Source: Chiloscyllium plagiosum (Eukaryota). Taken from it: a DNA stretch of 64,000 nucleotides. Position 1 is the first letter of the stretch. The number at the start of each line of letters is the position of its first letter. Location of the stretch: the NCBI RefSeq assembly GCF_004010195.1, contig NC_057756.1:7755676-7819675 (forward strand). The letters are read 5' to 3'. The notes beneath the pieces were generated by a model. The model had not been told where the DNA came from and searched no databases. It saw only the letters and a list, made by a program, of their open reading frames with translations. Made by a program: the position numbers and the translations under genes. Below are positions 1 to 13,017 of this stretch, one piece after another.

Positions 1-510
1 TGTTTGGCTTGCCCTATGATAGTAGTGTTGTCCCAGTCGAATTCATGTTGCTTGTTGTCTGCGTGTGTGGCTACTAAGGATAGCTGGTCGTGTCGTTTCG
101 TGGCTATCGAAACGACACGACCAGCTATCCTTGGTAGCCACACACGCAGACACCAAGCAACATGAATTTGACTGGGACAACACTACTATCATAGTGCAAG
201 CCAGACAGAGAACAGCCAGGGAATTCCTAGAGGCATGGCATTCATCCACAAACTCCATCAACAAACACATCGACCTGGACCCAATATACCAACCACTACA
301 GCGGACAGCTGAAACTGACAACCGGAAGCGGCAGGGACAGACCACTATAAACACCGGAGGAAACATCAAAGAAGCGCTTCGCAGGAGGCTCCCAAGCACT
401 GATGATGTCGCCTAGCCAGGGGACGAAACGTTTGCAACAAAAACTTCCAGCTCGGGAACAGAACAACAACAACGAGCACCCGAGCTACAAATCTTCACAC
501 AAACTTTGAA
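1..510 (+). mobile_element. Penelope-like element 3' fragment (GIY-YIG C-terminal region plus pLTR) with inverted 5' arm; truncated by the window start
   Basis: ORF 65-415 reads KRHDQLSLVATHA...HEFDWDNTTII...REFLEAWHS...NSINKH, typical of the PLE GIY-YIG tail. Bases 1-100 are the reverse complement of 108-207. Near-identical to the element at 24074-24779. Confidence 0.85.
396..435 (+). ncRNA. Minimal type I hammerhead ribozyme motif in PLE pLTR
   Basis: GCA-CTGATGA-T-[GTC gCCT agcc AGGg GAC]-GAAA-CG-TT-TGC: both catalytic boxes, stem II hairpin, stem I GCA/TGC and palindromic ACGT in place of stem III, as described for PLE hammerheads. Confidence 0.75.
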
Positions 511-937
511 CAATTTGAATTTAACCAATCAGTTTCAATTATGCCCCAGGATGCTAAAACCCAATTGATTTTGAATCTATTGTTTTTGCCAACCTCAAAC
601 CAATGAGACAATCTGATATTTGGGGTATAAAGCTGCAGGCATCTTGAAAGTTAGATCAGGAGAGTAACTGCCATCGAGAGAGAGACTGCCATTCAAAACA
701 ATCACTATCAAAGGTGCCTTTTTCATATGAAACATCTTTGCAGTAAAAAACAGAAGATGACTCAGGGAGATCTTCAGCCGAAAGAAGGAGGACACTGGAG
801 ATGACAGCCGCTTTGAAATTAAGTTGATGTAATTCTGATATGGGTTTTGATTGGAAAGGTATATTGTCATACTGTTGGAAGCAGATAACAAACATTTAAG
901 AGGAAAGTGGCTTAGTTGGAAAGAGTTGTTTAGTTTA

Positions 938-1238
938 TATTAAATTCCCTTCAGTGTGGAAACAGGCCCTTCAGCCCCACCGACCCACCGAAGAGTAACC
1001 CACCCAGACCCATTCCCCTAACTAATGCACCTCACTCTACTGGCAATTTAGCATGACCAATTCACCTGACCTGCACAACTTTGGACTGTGGGAGGAAACT
1101 GGACCACCCGAAGGAAACTCATGCAGACATGGGGAGAATGTGCAAACTCCATGCAGAGAGTCACCCAAGGCTGGAATTGAACCATGGTCCCTGGCGCTGT
1201 AGGCAGCAGTGCTAACCACTGTGCCACCGTGCCACCCC
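938..1238 (-). mobile_element. HE1/V-SINE type tRNA-derived SINE
   Basis: Reverse strand has GGCACGGTGGCACAGTGGTTAGCACTGCTGCC head, B-box-like GGTTCAATTCC and V-core GGAGTTTGCACATTCTCCCC; similar to five other copies in the window. Confidence 0.9.
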
Positions 1239-1246
1239 AAACAAGC

Positions 1247-1493
1247 ATCCCTACTATGTGGAAACAGGCCATTAGGCCCAACAAGTCCACACTGACCCTC
1301 TGAAGAGTACCCCACCCAGACCCATTCCCCAATATTTACCCGCGACTCATGCATCTAACGTATACATCCCTGAACACTATCAACAATTTAACACGGGCAA
1401 TTCCCCTGACCTGCACATCTTTGGACTGTGGGAGGAAACCGGAGCATCCGACGGAAACCCACACAGACACGGGGAGAATGTGCAAACTCTACA
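1247..1493 (-). mobile_element. HE1/V-SINE, 5'-truncated second copy
   Basis: Core and tail match 938-1238; tRNA head absent. Confidence 0.85.
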
Positions 1494-1683
1494 GGGTTCA
1501 CTTTTAGAGTTAAATAATAAACTAATATTTTTTCTTTAAATAGTGGAATTGGGAAGTTCTCTGCCACTCATACTTTAACAGATTACAAGGCGAGGTGAGC
1601 TTTTCAGGTCATTTGGTTTAATTAACAGAAGAAAAAATATCAATTTATTCTTACCCATGCAGGGCCATTCCCATTGTTCCTAT

Positions 1684-2232
1684 TGTTATGGAACGGACTA
1701 GACCCATTCAAAATATTGTGAGAATATCGCTAAGACTCTCACCTTTTCTTGTTTTAAAGGCTGATGTGAAATGGGCATGCCAGGAGGGATGCAGCGAGTC
1801 AAACCACTCGGCTTTAAGCAAAACTGAATTTATTTAAACACTACAATTGAAACTCAAACAAAAGAAAATGGAATTTAGAATAACTTAACTATTGGAAAAT
1901 GTGATCGAGCCGTTACAGTAACTGTTACTAATTAACATTTCAATTCAGTAACATCCCATAAACACACCCCTTCACAAAAAGGTAAATTCAAACACAGGTT
2001 CTTACAGGGAGGGGGGAATGATCAGAGCAGCTCTTTACTGAAGCTTGCAACTCTCCTGGACTCACACCTCTTGTGACCGCTGGAGCTAAAATAAACTAGA
2101 AAAACTGAGCTGGGGGACATGGCTACTTCCCTTCCATTGTCGAACTAGACCCTTTGGCACCTCTGCCTTTACAACCATTCTTCAAAAAAAACCAAGGACA
2201 AACTAACCTCCTCAAAGTGACAGTATTTCACA
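1684..2232. mobile_element. Solo LTR inserted into the Gypsy integrase tail
   Basis: TGTTATGG...TCACA termini, 4-bp flanks CTAT/CTAC, host reading frame continues on both sides; homologous to 30206-30783. Confidence 0.75.
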
Positions 2233-3656
2233 CTACACCAAAGTTTCGACCCCTGAAGTAAACTCTCTCTCTCACATGTAACGGAGTCTTATATCTCACG
2301 TTGACATTCCTAATGCCATTTCACCCTCCCCTCCCTGGTCCAGGATGAATCAGATTTAACCTGGAACAGAGTCTTCTCCCCATGAACAACTCTGCTGGAG
2401 CTATCTGTGTGGCTGCATGAGGGGTGGTCCTCTAATCAAATAGGAACCAGGACAGTTCAGAATCTTGTGAAAGTGTCGACTCTTTTTTAAAATCTGCTTT
2501 CAAAGTTTGGAATGCTCTTTCTGCCAGACTTTTGGATGATGGATGGTATGGAGTTGTCCTTGTATGTTGAAAACCATTCTGCTTTAGGAAATATTCAAAT
2601 TTCTTCATGGTAAATGAATGCCCGACATCTGTGAACAACACCTCTGGAAGCCCGTGTATCGCAAAAGATGTGCGCAGCTTTTCTGTCATCTTCCTTGCAG
2701 TTGACGAATGAACTCTATACATGTCCAACCACTTTGAGTTTGTATCCGTAATGACTAAGAACATTGAGGCCATGAAAGGGCTGGCATTGTCAATGTGTAA
2801 CCAAATGCAGGATTTACCCGGCCATTCCTACGAATGTTGATGGAGCTATTGACAGTAATTTGTGTCCTTTTTGGCATCTGGGGCACTGCCCCACTAATGC
2901 AACCATGTCTGCATCCAATCCTGGCCACCAGACATAACGTCTCACCAATATCTTCATTTTGGAAACCACTGGATGACCCTGGTGGAGTTCAGCCAGTATC
3001 TAGCAGTGAGATTTGATCAGGACAATCATTCCTGCTTCCCATAATAATATGTCATTGTCTACTGTGGTCTGGTCTCTCTGGGTCCAAAAAGGGTTTAAAT
3101 TCTGGCTGTGGTGGCCTTTTGGTATCCCCCATCACCACCAGCTGTTTCAGTTTTGCCAAGACTGGGGATCTTTCTGCATCTAAAGTCTGATATTGGCAGC
3201 TGTGACTGGAAGTGTGTCCAGAAGATTGAAAACCAATATGGACTTTTCAAGTGGCAGTAACAATGGAGGTGGCTCAATACAACCACATTTACGACACGGC
3301 CTCCGAGACAGTATTCCAGCTTGTAATTATAGTATTAGATCCTACTGCCCAATTTGTCCTGAAACTACGGGTGGCACTACCTTGTCCTCTTTAAGTAGAC
3401 CAAGCAGGGATTTGTTATTACAAATGTATTTCCGCAAAACTTCATGACTTAAAATACGACTGCCAAACCTTCCTTCTCCATCTGAACATATCTACGGTCT
3501 GCATTAACTAAAGTCCTGGACGCATACGTTATTGGGTGTTCCTCTCCATTGGGTCACCTATGAGCTTATACTACCCCAATGTAGGGAGGCATTGCATGTC
3601 AATACCAGACCTTGCTTGTGATAATAGTGTGCTATCAGTTTAGATGACCTTGCTGA

Positions 3657-3983
3657 GTTTATTATTCATTCACAGACTGAGGAGGTCTCTGGTTAGGTCA
3701 GCACTTATTGCCCAGAAGGCAGTTAAGGGTCAACCACGTTGCTGTGGGTCGGGAGTCCAGACCAGGTAATAATGGCAGTTTCCTTCCCTAAAGTTCATGA
3801 GCAAACCAAAATGGTTTTCCTGACAGTTGAATCATGACCATTAGACTCTTAATTCCAATTTTTAAAAATTGAATTCAAATCCCACCATCTGCTATGGCAG
3901 GATTTGAACCCATGCCCATAGAATGTTACCTGGGTCTCTGAATTAAGATTCCAGCAACAATACCACTAGGCCATTGACATCCC
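3657..3983 (-). mobile_element. tRNA-derived SINE (second family) inserted in Gypsy RNase H region
   Basis: Reverse strand TGGCCTAGTGGTA (A box) and GGTTCAAATCC (B box); interrupts the pol sequence. Confidence 0.7.
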
Positions 3984-4528
3984 GTCAGGTGCAGCTTCTT
4001 GACTTCCCTGAAGGAAGTGGCTTGGCTACATGAAAATGTTTCCAAGGCTGTCCCTTTTTTAAGAGATGATGCAAAGGTGCAAAGATGGAGGCCAGGTTAT
4101 GTATGAACTTTCCATAACAATTCACCAGCCTAAGGAAAGACCTAGGCTCTGGTCCAGATATGGGAGCTGGTGCACTTTTGATTGCTCTCACTTAATCTTC
4201 CAAGGGGTGTAAACCTGTCTTGTCGACTCTGTACTCCAAGTAAGTTACTTGGAATGTCCGGAACACGCTTTTTCCATTGGAAGGCATACACTTACCTGGG
4301 AAAAATGTCTAAGCACTATGTCCAAGTTCTCTAATTACTCCTTTTTGGTCTTCCCAGTTATTAGCACATCATCTAGATAACTGATGACCGGAGATAGACC
4401 GTTTAAAATGTTCTCCATTGTCTGCTGAAAAATTGCACAGGCTGACCATACCCCAGATGGTAGTCTCGTATATTGCCGCAAACGCTAATGGCATACTTCT
4501 GGGAATTCCCAACTAACCGCAATTGCAA

Positions 4529-4772
4529 GTGCTAATAACTGGGAAGGCCAATAAGGAATGACGAGAAAACTTGGACATAGTGCTTAAATATTTCTCCCAG
4601 GCAAGCGTATGCCTCGAATGGAAAAATGTGTGTTCTGGGCACCCCAAGTAACCTACTTGGAGTACAGAGTCGACAAGACTGGGTTACACCCCTTGGAAGA
4701 TTAAGTGAGAGTGATCAAAAGTGCACCAGCTCCCATATCTGGACCAGAGCTTAGGTCTTTCCTTGGGCTGGT
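4529..4772 (+). repeat. 244-bp inverted duplication of 4124-4367 (Gypsy RT segment)
   Basis: Reverse complement match; ORFs 3985-4191(-) and 4705-4935(+) both read R.IKSAPAPISGPE.RSFL. Confidence 0.92.
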
Positions 4773-5329
4773 CCAACTTTGTGAAGGACAGCAACCCTCC
4801 CGCTCCCCTGCCAGCTTTGTGTATAATTTCTCTATAAGAGGGGTTGGGTATTTATCCAGCTGCGTAAAAGCAGTTCAACATTTGTTTAAAGTCCCCACAG
4901 AGACGGACAGATCCATCAGGGTTCACAATGGATAAGACTGGCCAGTGCTGCCAGTCCACAAACTGAGCTGGTTTGATGAGTCCGTCTTGCTCCAGCCTTC
5001 TGTCCTCTGCCACTAATTTTTCCCGTAAGGCAAATGCCACTGGGCAAGCCTTGAAGAATCATGGGATTGCTTCCTGGTCAATATGCAATGTGAACTTGAC
5101 TCCTTTGATTGTCCCTAGACCCTCCTGAAAAACTTCCGGGTTTTTCATTTTCTCATTGAGAAATGTTAAGTCAATCTAGGTGAACGTTTCTCAACCAATT
5201 TCGCCCCATCAAGCTTGGGCCCAAGCCTTTTATTACAATTAGTAGCAACTGAACCAGCTGCTTCTCATAAGAGACCAGACCTAAGTTCGCCCCTTAATAC
5301 GTAAAAGGCTCCCTGGAATAGTCTCTAAG

Positions 5330-5850
5330 TGTACATTAGGTCACTTTTGGAATACTGCGTGCAATTCTGGTCTCCCTGCTGCAGAAGGGATGTTGTGAAA
5401 CTTGAAAGGGTTGAGAAAAGATTGACAAGATGTTGCCAGGGCTGAAGGGTTTCAGCTGTCAGGAGAGGCTAATTTCTCTGTAGCATCAGACAAAGGGTGA
5501 TCTTGTAAACGTTTACAAAATCATGAGACAAGGTCATTTCCCTGGGGTGGGGGAGTCCAGAACTAGAGGGCATAGGATTAAGGTGAAACTGGAAAGATAT
5601 AAAAGGGAGCTAAGGGGCAACTTTTTCATGCAGAGAGTGGTGCGTGTATGGAATGAGCAACCAGAGAAGTGGTGGAAGCTGGTACAATTACAGCTTTTAA
5701 AAGGCATTTGGATAGATATATGAATATTAAGGGTTTAGAGGGCTCTTGGCCAAATGCTGGCACATGGGACTAGATTAATTTCAGATATCTGGTCAGCATG
5801 GACGAGTTTGACCAAAGAGTCTGTTCCTGTGCTGTACGTCTCTATGACTC
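5330..5850 (+). mobile_element. CR1 LINE 3' fragment inside the Gypsy element
   Basis: LEYCVQFWSP-like and RTRGH...RGNFFMQRVVRVWN motifs; tail TCTATGACTC. Confidence 0.85.
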
Positions 5851-6635
5851 GACAGTCCAGGTCTTCTGCAAACTAAAGGGTTGGATTCCAGAGCAAAGTT
5901 TGGTAAAGACTGATTCTGCAATCACTGAAGTAGCTGCGCCTTTATCGTCCTCCATTAGAACTGGGTGACCATTTAACCAAACATTTATTTTGATTGGTTC
6001 TGATTTGGATGTTGCTAAGCAATTTAAGTGTTCCATACTAGGTGGAGTTGGTCGGTGGGCTTTCCAGGGTATACACTCTCCTGTATACCGGCCTGTGAGT
6101 TCCCCTCCACAATTCAGGTCCAGTGGGATTCCTGCTGTCTCGTGTCTGCATACCGGCACAACTGCAATGCCTTGCCAGCCTGGAACCTTGAGAAAATTTG
6201 AACCATTTGACTGAGGCTTGGCTTTGTTTTGGGGTTTTTCTGTGGGCTGACCTCGACTCCCTCTGCTCAGGATATGTCTTGAGTGAGTCTATGCAATTAC
6301 CTACATTGAAGTGGTGCTCCCCAATCTCAGTCAGACTGGTGAGGGTGTCCACCTCCATTTGCCGCATTTTCCAATGATAAAGCCAGTTGTAGTGCCTGTT
6401 TGAAGTTCAGTTGGGCTTCAGCCTTTGTACGGTTACTTCATTAATCCCAAATACAAAATGGTCTCTCAGAATCTCACTGAGGGTGAAACCAAAGTCACAT
6501 GCCTCTGTCAATCATTTTAACCTCATCAAAAATCACATCCTCGTGACCACTGAGGTAACTTCACAGAAGTCGGTACTCCATCACCAATCACCATTTATTT
6601 GTACGTGGAAAGTCCTTGACGCTAATCCAGCTCTG

Positions 6636-7610
6636 AAAGTGAGGACTGCAGATCAGAGTCAAACAGCGTGGTGCTGGAAAAGCACAGTGGGTCAGGCAGC
6701 AGTAGATGACGTGTGTGGACGTACAGGTAAATCTCTGTCAGGTGTGGAAGGATCCTTTGGGGCCTTGAATGGAGGTGAGGGGGGAGGTGTGGGCACAGGT
6801 TTTGCACATCTTGTGGTGGCAGGGAATGGTGCCGGGAATGGAGGGTGGGGGGCGTGGACCTAATGAGGGAGTCATAGATAGAATGGTGTATCTGGAATGC
6901 TAATAGGGGTGGGGAGGGGTCTGTTTGTAGGTGGCGAAAATGGCAGAGGATGGCATGATGTATCCGAAGGTTGGTGGGGTGGAAGGTAAGGACCAGTAGG
7001 GTCCTGTCCCTGTTGCGATTGGAGGGGTAGGGTTTAAGGGCGGAGGAGTGGGATGCCCATTTCCGCCACCTACAAGCAGACCCCACCTCCAGGGATATAG
7101 TTCCCTCCCCACCCCATCTACGTTCTGGAGAGAACATTCCCTCTGCAACTCCCCTTGTTAGGTTCATACCCCCTCACCAAACCACCCTCCAATCCCCTCA
7201 CCTTCCCCTGTATCTGCAAGAAGTGCAAAACGTGCGCCCTCACCTCCCCTCATCTTCATCCAAGGCCCCATAGGATCCTTCCACATCTGACAGAGATTTT
7301 CCTGTACTTCCACACAAGTCATCTACTGTGTCCATTGCTCTCGATGGGGAGACAGGACGCTAACATACGAAACATTTCAGAGAACATATCTGGGACACAT
7401 GCACCAAACAATGCTAGCACCCCGTGGGCAAACACTTTAACTCTCCCTCCCACTCTACCAAGGACATGCAGGTCCTGGGTCTCCTCCACTGTCAAACCCT
7501 AACCACCCGACGCCTGGAGGAAGAACAACTCATCTTCCACCTTGGGACCCTCCAACCACACAGGATCAATGTGGATTTCACCAGTTTCCTCACTTACCCC
7601 CTCCCCCCAC
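6636..7610. mobile_element. Penelope-like element fragment with inverted arrangement, inserted into the Gypsy LTR
   Basis: + strand HFNSPSHSTKDMQVLGLLHCQ...RRLEEEQLIFHLGTLQP (GIY-YIG C-terminus); - strand LVLTFHPTNLRIHHAILCHFRHLQTDP; about 6705-6945 is an inverted copy of about 7057-7330. Confidence 0.8.
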
Positions 7611-7714
7611 CTCCTGTTTATATCCGTCAGCCAGGGCTCCCGAATTGAACCAAATTAACAGCGCAGTCAGGGACCTCCTATTCAACCCGGCTGAGCTTGT
7701 TACAATGACTTACA

Positions 7715-8116
7715 GATTGGATAGGCTGGGAGCAGCGGAGGCTGAGGGGAAATCTGATTGAGGTATTCAAAATCATGACAGGGCAGAGACGGAGCAGAGC
7801 ATGATAATCTCTTCCAAATTGCCAAAGTGTCTAAGACCACAGGGAATAAATTGAAGGTGAAGAGCAAGTGGTTTAGAGGAGATTTACAAATTTGTTTTAC
7901 CTCCAGGGTGGTTGATGTATGGAACTTGCTGCCTGAAAGTGTGGCGAAGGCAGGTTCTTTCGCAACGTTCAAGGAATGGCTCAATGAGCACTTAAAATGC
8001 CAGGACATTATTGACTATGGACCAAGATGAATGGGAATAATGTAGTTTGGGTGCTTGTTGGTTAGTATAGAGGTGGTGGGCTGAAGGGCTTGTTTCTATG
8101 CTTTACAACTCTATGC
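7715..8116 (+). mobile_element. CR1 LINE 3' fragment
   Basis: RRLRGNLIEVFKIM-like coding and FTSRVVDVWNLLP; CR1-type 3' tail. Confidence 0.8.
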
Positions 8117-9239
8117 TTCAAAGTGTGTGATGACTTTTGTTAAGTATGAAGGTTGTATGTTTTTGTTTTTTTGTCCTTATGTTCCCATGTATTTTTGACT
8201 GTGGACTGAAATGGAAAAAAGGACTGGTGTGTAAAGGATTGTGTAAAGATTGCGATATTTCTTTAAGGTCACCTGACACTCATTGTGAGTGCTGTTTACA
8301 CTGCTGTTTGTTCAAGCAGTGGGAACAAGTCTTGTTACAGATGATGTGTACCAATGGAGATTCAGCTAGCAATAAGTAGCTGATTCGTCTGAGGACTGGT
8401 GACCAGGTATTGATGACGATGATGTAATTGACTCCAAGGTAGGTGAGTAGCATGTGGGTGGAAATGTTTGGATCAGAAGCTATTGGACCTCTCAAAGGAA
8501 CAATTTGTGCTTTTTGAATGCCGTAAAAATAACCTAAAAATCTGAAGAAAGCCAGTTCACGTTCCAGAATCATTTTCTTTTATTCAATCATGAGTTGTGG
8601 ACATCACTGCTGGACCTTGGAGAAATTACAAATATGATTGAATGGAACGATGCCAGGGATGAGGGACTTTAGTTCATGTTGATAGACTGTCAATGTTGGA
8701 ATTATGCTCCTTGACCAGAGAGTGTTAAAAAGTCACCTAAATGACATTTTCAAAATCATAGCAGACTTTAACAGAGGAAACAAGGAACTGTTTCTAGCAG
8801 GAAGGTCAGAAACCAGAAGAACATATTTTGAAGACAATCAGCAAACAGCCAGATGGTGAGATAAGGGGGAAATGTTTCAACACAGTGAGTTGCTGACATC
8901 TGGAATGTAATAACGGAAAGGAGAGGGGAAGCCGATTCCATCTTCTGTACTTTATCATTGCATGAGTAGAGTGCATTTATCAAGGATTGCTGATCATGCA
9001 AATATTAGTGAATGGAGATGCAGTGGCAAATGCATTTCCACACAGTGAATTGTGAAGACAGTGAATTCTGGACCAATGTGATTGAGCAGAGTATTTTTTT
9101 AAAAAATATTTAAAAGGTTAGAACTTCAAAGTTCCAGGAGATTCAGGGCTGTGTTCACAGGTTATCAAAGGATAGCAGTCAGGTGGAAACACTAACCAGG
9201 ATGATGAAGGATAATGGTATAGAAAGTCATATATCCCAA

Positions 9240-9416
9240 CAGAGGTGAAAATGAGGACTGCAGATGCTGGTGATCAGAGTCAAGATTAGAGTGGTGCTGG
9301 AAAAGCAAAGCAGGTTAGGCATCATCAGGAAGGGCTTTTGCCCGAAATGTCGATTTTCCTGCTCCTCAGATGCTGCCTGACCTGCTATGCTTTTCCAGCA
9401 CCACTCTAATCTTGAC
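9240..9416. mobile_element. Short fold-back Penelope-derived element with 13-bp TSD
   Basis: Inverted arms GAGTCAAGATTAGAGTGGTGCTGGAAAAGCA / TGCTTTTCCAGCACCACTCTAATCTTGACTC; TSD TCATATATCCCAA at 9227-9239 and 9417-9429; partial hammerhead GGGCTTTTGCCCGAAA. Confidence 0.8.
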
Positions 9417-10126
9417 TCATATATCCCAATATGTTGATGACACAGGTTAAGTGACATTGTAGGAGTAAATGACAGCATAAAGCCACAAAAAAATTCAAAA
9501 CTGGAAGAAGAAGGGTCATTAGACTCAAAATATTAACTCTGTTTCTCCCTCCATGGATGCTGCCAGATCTGCTGAGTTTCTCCAGCAATTTCTATTTATG
9601 CTTCAGATCTTTAGCATCAACAGGGTTTTATTCATGGAAAGTACATATTGGGCTTGGATAGCGACCTGTCCCCACACTGGAACAATCCTCCAAGCATTAG
9701 ATTTTGCAAAGTGAATTGTCCGTAATCCCCAGTTTGGTTACTGGGGAGGAAATGCATGACTGCATCCATGTGTTCAACATAAACATCAGGAGCGCAGTCT
9801 TCGTCAGTTGGTGGGAAGACTAAAGCTTGTAGATGAGATCAGGAGTGAGCTCCCCCTGTAGTCTGTTTGTCTGTTCCATTGTGTGTTTTGGTGAGGCCAT
9901 CTGGAAGGATGTGGATAAGGTCAGGGTAAGAGGATCTCACCTATATCAGCACTCAGGTCAAAGGCTCCCTTTCCAAAGTCAGTGTCACTGTCTTCTGCTC
10001 AAACCTACAGATGGTGTGCAGCCCAATGGGTACCTGTACATCGGAATAGCCCTGGATCTAAGGAAAATCAAGGCAAGAGAGGATAAAGAATGGAGCTGGA
10101 AAAAACACAGCTGGTCAAGCAGCATC

Positions 10127-12722
10127 ACAGAACATAGAACATAGAACATTACAGTGCAGTACAGGCTCTTTGGCCCTTTGAAGTTGCGCTGGCCTATGGA
10201 ACCAATCTGAAGCCCATCTAACCTACACTATTCCATTTTCATCGATATGCCTATCCCATGACCATTTAAATGCCCCTAAAGTTGGCGAGTCTACTACTGT
10301 TGCAGGCAGGCTGTTCCACGCCCCTGGTACTCTCTGAGTAAAGAAACTACCCTGAAATCTGTCCTAAATCTATCACTCCTCAATTTAAAGCCATGCCTCC
10401 TCATTCTAGCCATCACCATCTGAGGAAAAAGGCTCTCACTGTCCAAACTATCTAACCCTCTGATTATTTTATATGTCTCAATTAAGTCACCTCTCAACCT
10501 TCTTCTCTCTAACAAAACAGCCTCAAGTCCCTCAGCCTTTCCTCGTAAGACCTTCCCTCCATACCAGGCAACATCCTAGTAAATCTCCTCTGCACCCTTT
10601 CCAAAGCTTCCAGATCCTTCCTGTAATGCGGTGACTAGAACTGTATGCAATACTCCAAATGTGGCCGCACCAGAGTTTTGTACAGCTCCAGCATAATCTC
10701 ATGGTTCCGGAACTCAATCCCACTCCCAATGAAAGCTAACACACCGTATGCCTTCTTATCAACCCTATCAACCTGGGTGGCAACTTTCAAGGATTTATGT
10801 ACTTGGACACAAATCTCTCTGCTCATCTACACTACCAAGAATTTTACCATTAGCTCAGTACTCTGCACTTATATTACTCCTTCCGAAGTGAATCATCTCA
10901 CAATTTTCCACATTAAATTCCATTTGCCACCTTTCAGCCCAACTCTGCAGCTTATCTAAGTATCTCTGTAATCTATAACATCCTTCATCACTATCCGCAA
11001 CGCTACCGACCTTAGTGTCATCCGTAAGTTTACTAATCCATCCTTCTATGCCCTTGTCCAGGTCATTTATAAAAATGGCAAACAACACTGGACCCAAAAC
11101 AAATCTTTGTGGTACCCCACTAGGAACTGAACTCCAGGATGAATATTTCCCATCAACCACCACCCTCTGTCTTCTTTCAGCCAATGTCTGATCCAAACTG
11201 CCAAATCACCCCCAATCCCATACCTATGTATTTTGTGCAAGAGCCTACTATTGGGGATTTGTGAACCTCCAGTCTTGTGGAACTATTCCTGTAGACAATG
11301 ACGACATAAAGATCAAAGCCAATGTCCTCTCTGGCTTCCCAGAGAATCCTCGGATAAATCCCATCCGCCCAGGGGATTTATCTACTTTTACATTTTCCAG
11401 AATTACTAACACCTCCTCCTTATGCACCTCAACCCCATTTAGTCTAGTAGCCTATATCTCAGTATTCTCCTCAACCACATTGTCCTTTTCTGGTATGAAA
11501 ACTGATGAAAAGTATTCATTTAGCGCTTCCCCTATCTCTTCTGACTCCATGCACAACTTCCCGCTACTATGCTTGATTGGCCTTAATCTTACTCTAGTCA
11601 TTCTTTTTTTCCTGATACATCTACAGAAAGCCTTAGGGTTTTCCCTGGTCATATACACTAATGACTTCTCATGTCCCTTCCTGGTACTTCTTAGCTCTTT
11701 CTTTAGGTCTTTCCTGGCTAACTTGTAACTCTCAAGTGCCCTAACTGAGCTATCACAACTCATCCTAACATAAGCCTTCTTCTTCCTCTTGACAAGAGAT
11801 TCCTTAGTATACCATGGGTCCTTTGCTCGACCACTTCCTCCCTGCCTGACAGGTACATACTTATGAAGGATCCACAGTAGCTGGTCCTTGAATAAGCTCT
11901 ACATTTCAATTGTGCCCATCCCCTGCAATTTCCTTACCCATCCTATGATCTTAAATCTTGCCTAATCTTGCTTTTCCCACAGCTACAACTCTTGCCCAGT
12001 GGTACATACGTATCCCTTTCTATCATTCAAGTAAACATAACCGAATTGTGGTTACTATCACCAAAGTGCTCACCGACCTCCAGATCTAACACCTAGCCGG
12101 GTTCATTACCCAGCACCAAATCTAATGTGGCCTCACTCCATGTCAGCCTGTCTACATACTGTGTCACGAAACCCTCCTGCACACATTAGACAAAAACTGA
12201 CCCTTCTAAAGTATTTGAACGATAGTATTCCCAGTCAATATTTGGAAAGTTAAAGCCCACCAAAACAACTACTCTGTCACTCTCACTCCTATTGAGGATT
12301 ATCTTTGCTACCCTATCCTCTACATCTTTGGAACTATTTGGAGGCTGAGAGAAAACTCCCAACAGTGTAATCTTTCCTTTCCTGTTTCTAATCTCAGCCT
12401 ATACTACCTCAGTAGATGAGTCCTCAAACGTCCTTTCTGCAAATGTAATACCGTCCTTGACTAACAGTGCCACACCCCTCCCTTTTATCATTTTCTCTGT
12501 TCTAAAACATTTAAATCCCAGAACCTACAACAACTATTCCTGTCCCTGCTCTACCCATGTCTCTTAAATGGCCACAACATCGAAATCCCAGGTACCAACC
12601 CATGCTGCAAATTCATCCACCTTATTCTGGATGCTCCTGGCGCTGAAATAGACACACTTCAAACAAATGTCTTGCTTGCGGGTGCCTTCTTGGGATCTTG
12701 AAATCTTAGTTATGACTTCACT
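10127..12722 (-). mobile_element. CR1 LINE ORF2 (APE endonuclease plus RT), degraded with internal deletions
   Basis: SGVPQRFVLGPVLFAIFINDLD, LTDDTK, LVRPHLEYCIQF; endonuclease start near 12660; (ATAGAAC)n tail at 10127-10148. Confidence 0.92.
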
Positions 12723-13017
12723 AATATTCCACTATTCCAGGTGGAACACTGCCTGGAGTTGGAATATAACATACTCTCTGCAGCAAAGTTTATGGGAGAG
12801 AAAAAGTACTTTACACCACAAGTCCATCAAGCAGTAATCAGGAGGTAACATTCCAGAGGCTGTGACTAGAGGCAAAGCAGATGGCGGACCCGGTCCAATG
12901 GCCCTCTGAGCAGACTGTCAAAATCCAGGGCAGAATGAGTCACCAAATTCAGACACAATTCCAGGGACAGCATGGCTTGGAGGTAGAACTCAAGCGCAAA
13001 GTGTTTGCTTGCTTGTT

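Larger units (their letters stand above)
511..1630 (+). mobile_element. Probable LTR-like repeat interrupted by two SINEs
   Basis: CCAAT motifs, TATAAA 626-631 and AATAAA 1516-1521 in LTR order; termini not identifiable. Confidence 0.35.
1645..7714 (-). mobile_element. Decayed Gypsy-type LTR retrotransposon (5' LTR, PBS, gag-PR-RT-RH-IN) with nested insertions
   Basis: Protease-like PIKINVWLNGHPVLMEDDKGA (about 5930-6000); RT DGSVRLCGDFK, YLDD at 4368-4379, RSFLRLVNCYGKFI; integrase FAIHGLPEVLFTD...TPYHPSS.SLAERA (2432-2773), giving PR-RT-IN order; PBS-like TGGTCACGAGG next to the LTR end at 6551; LTR 6551-7714 with TG..CA ends; many stops and frameshifts. Confidence 0.88.
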
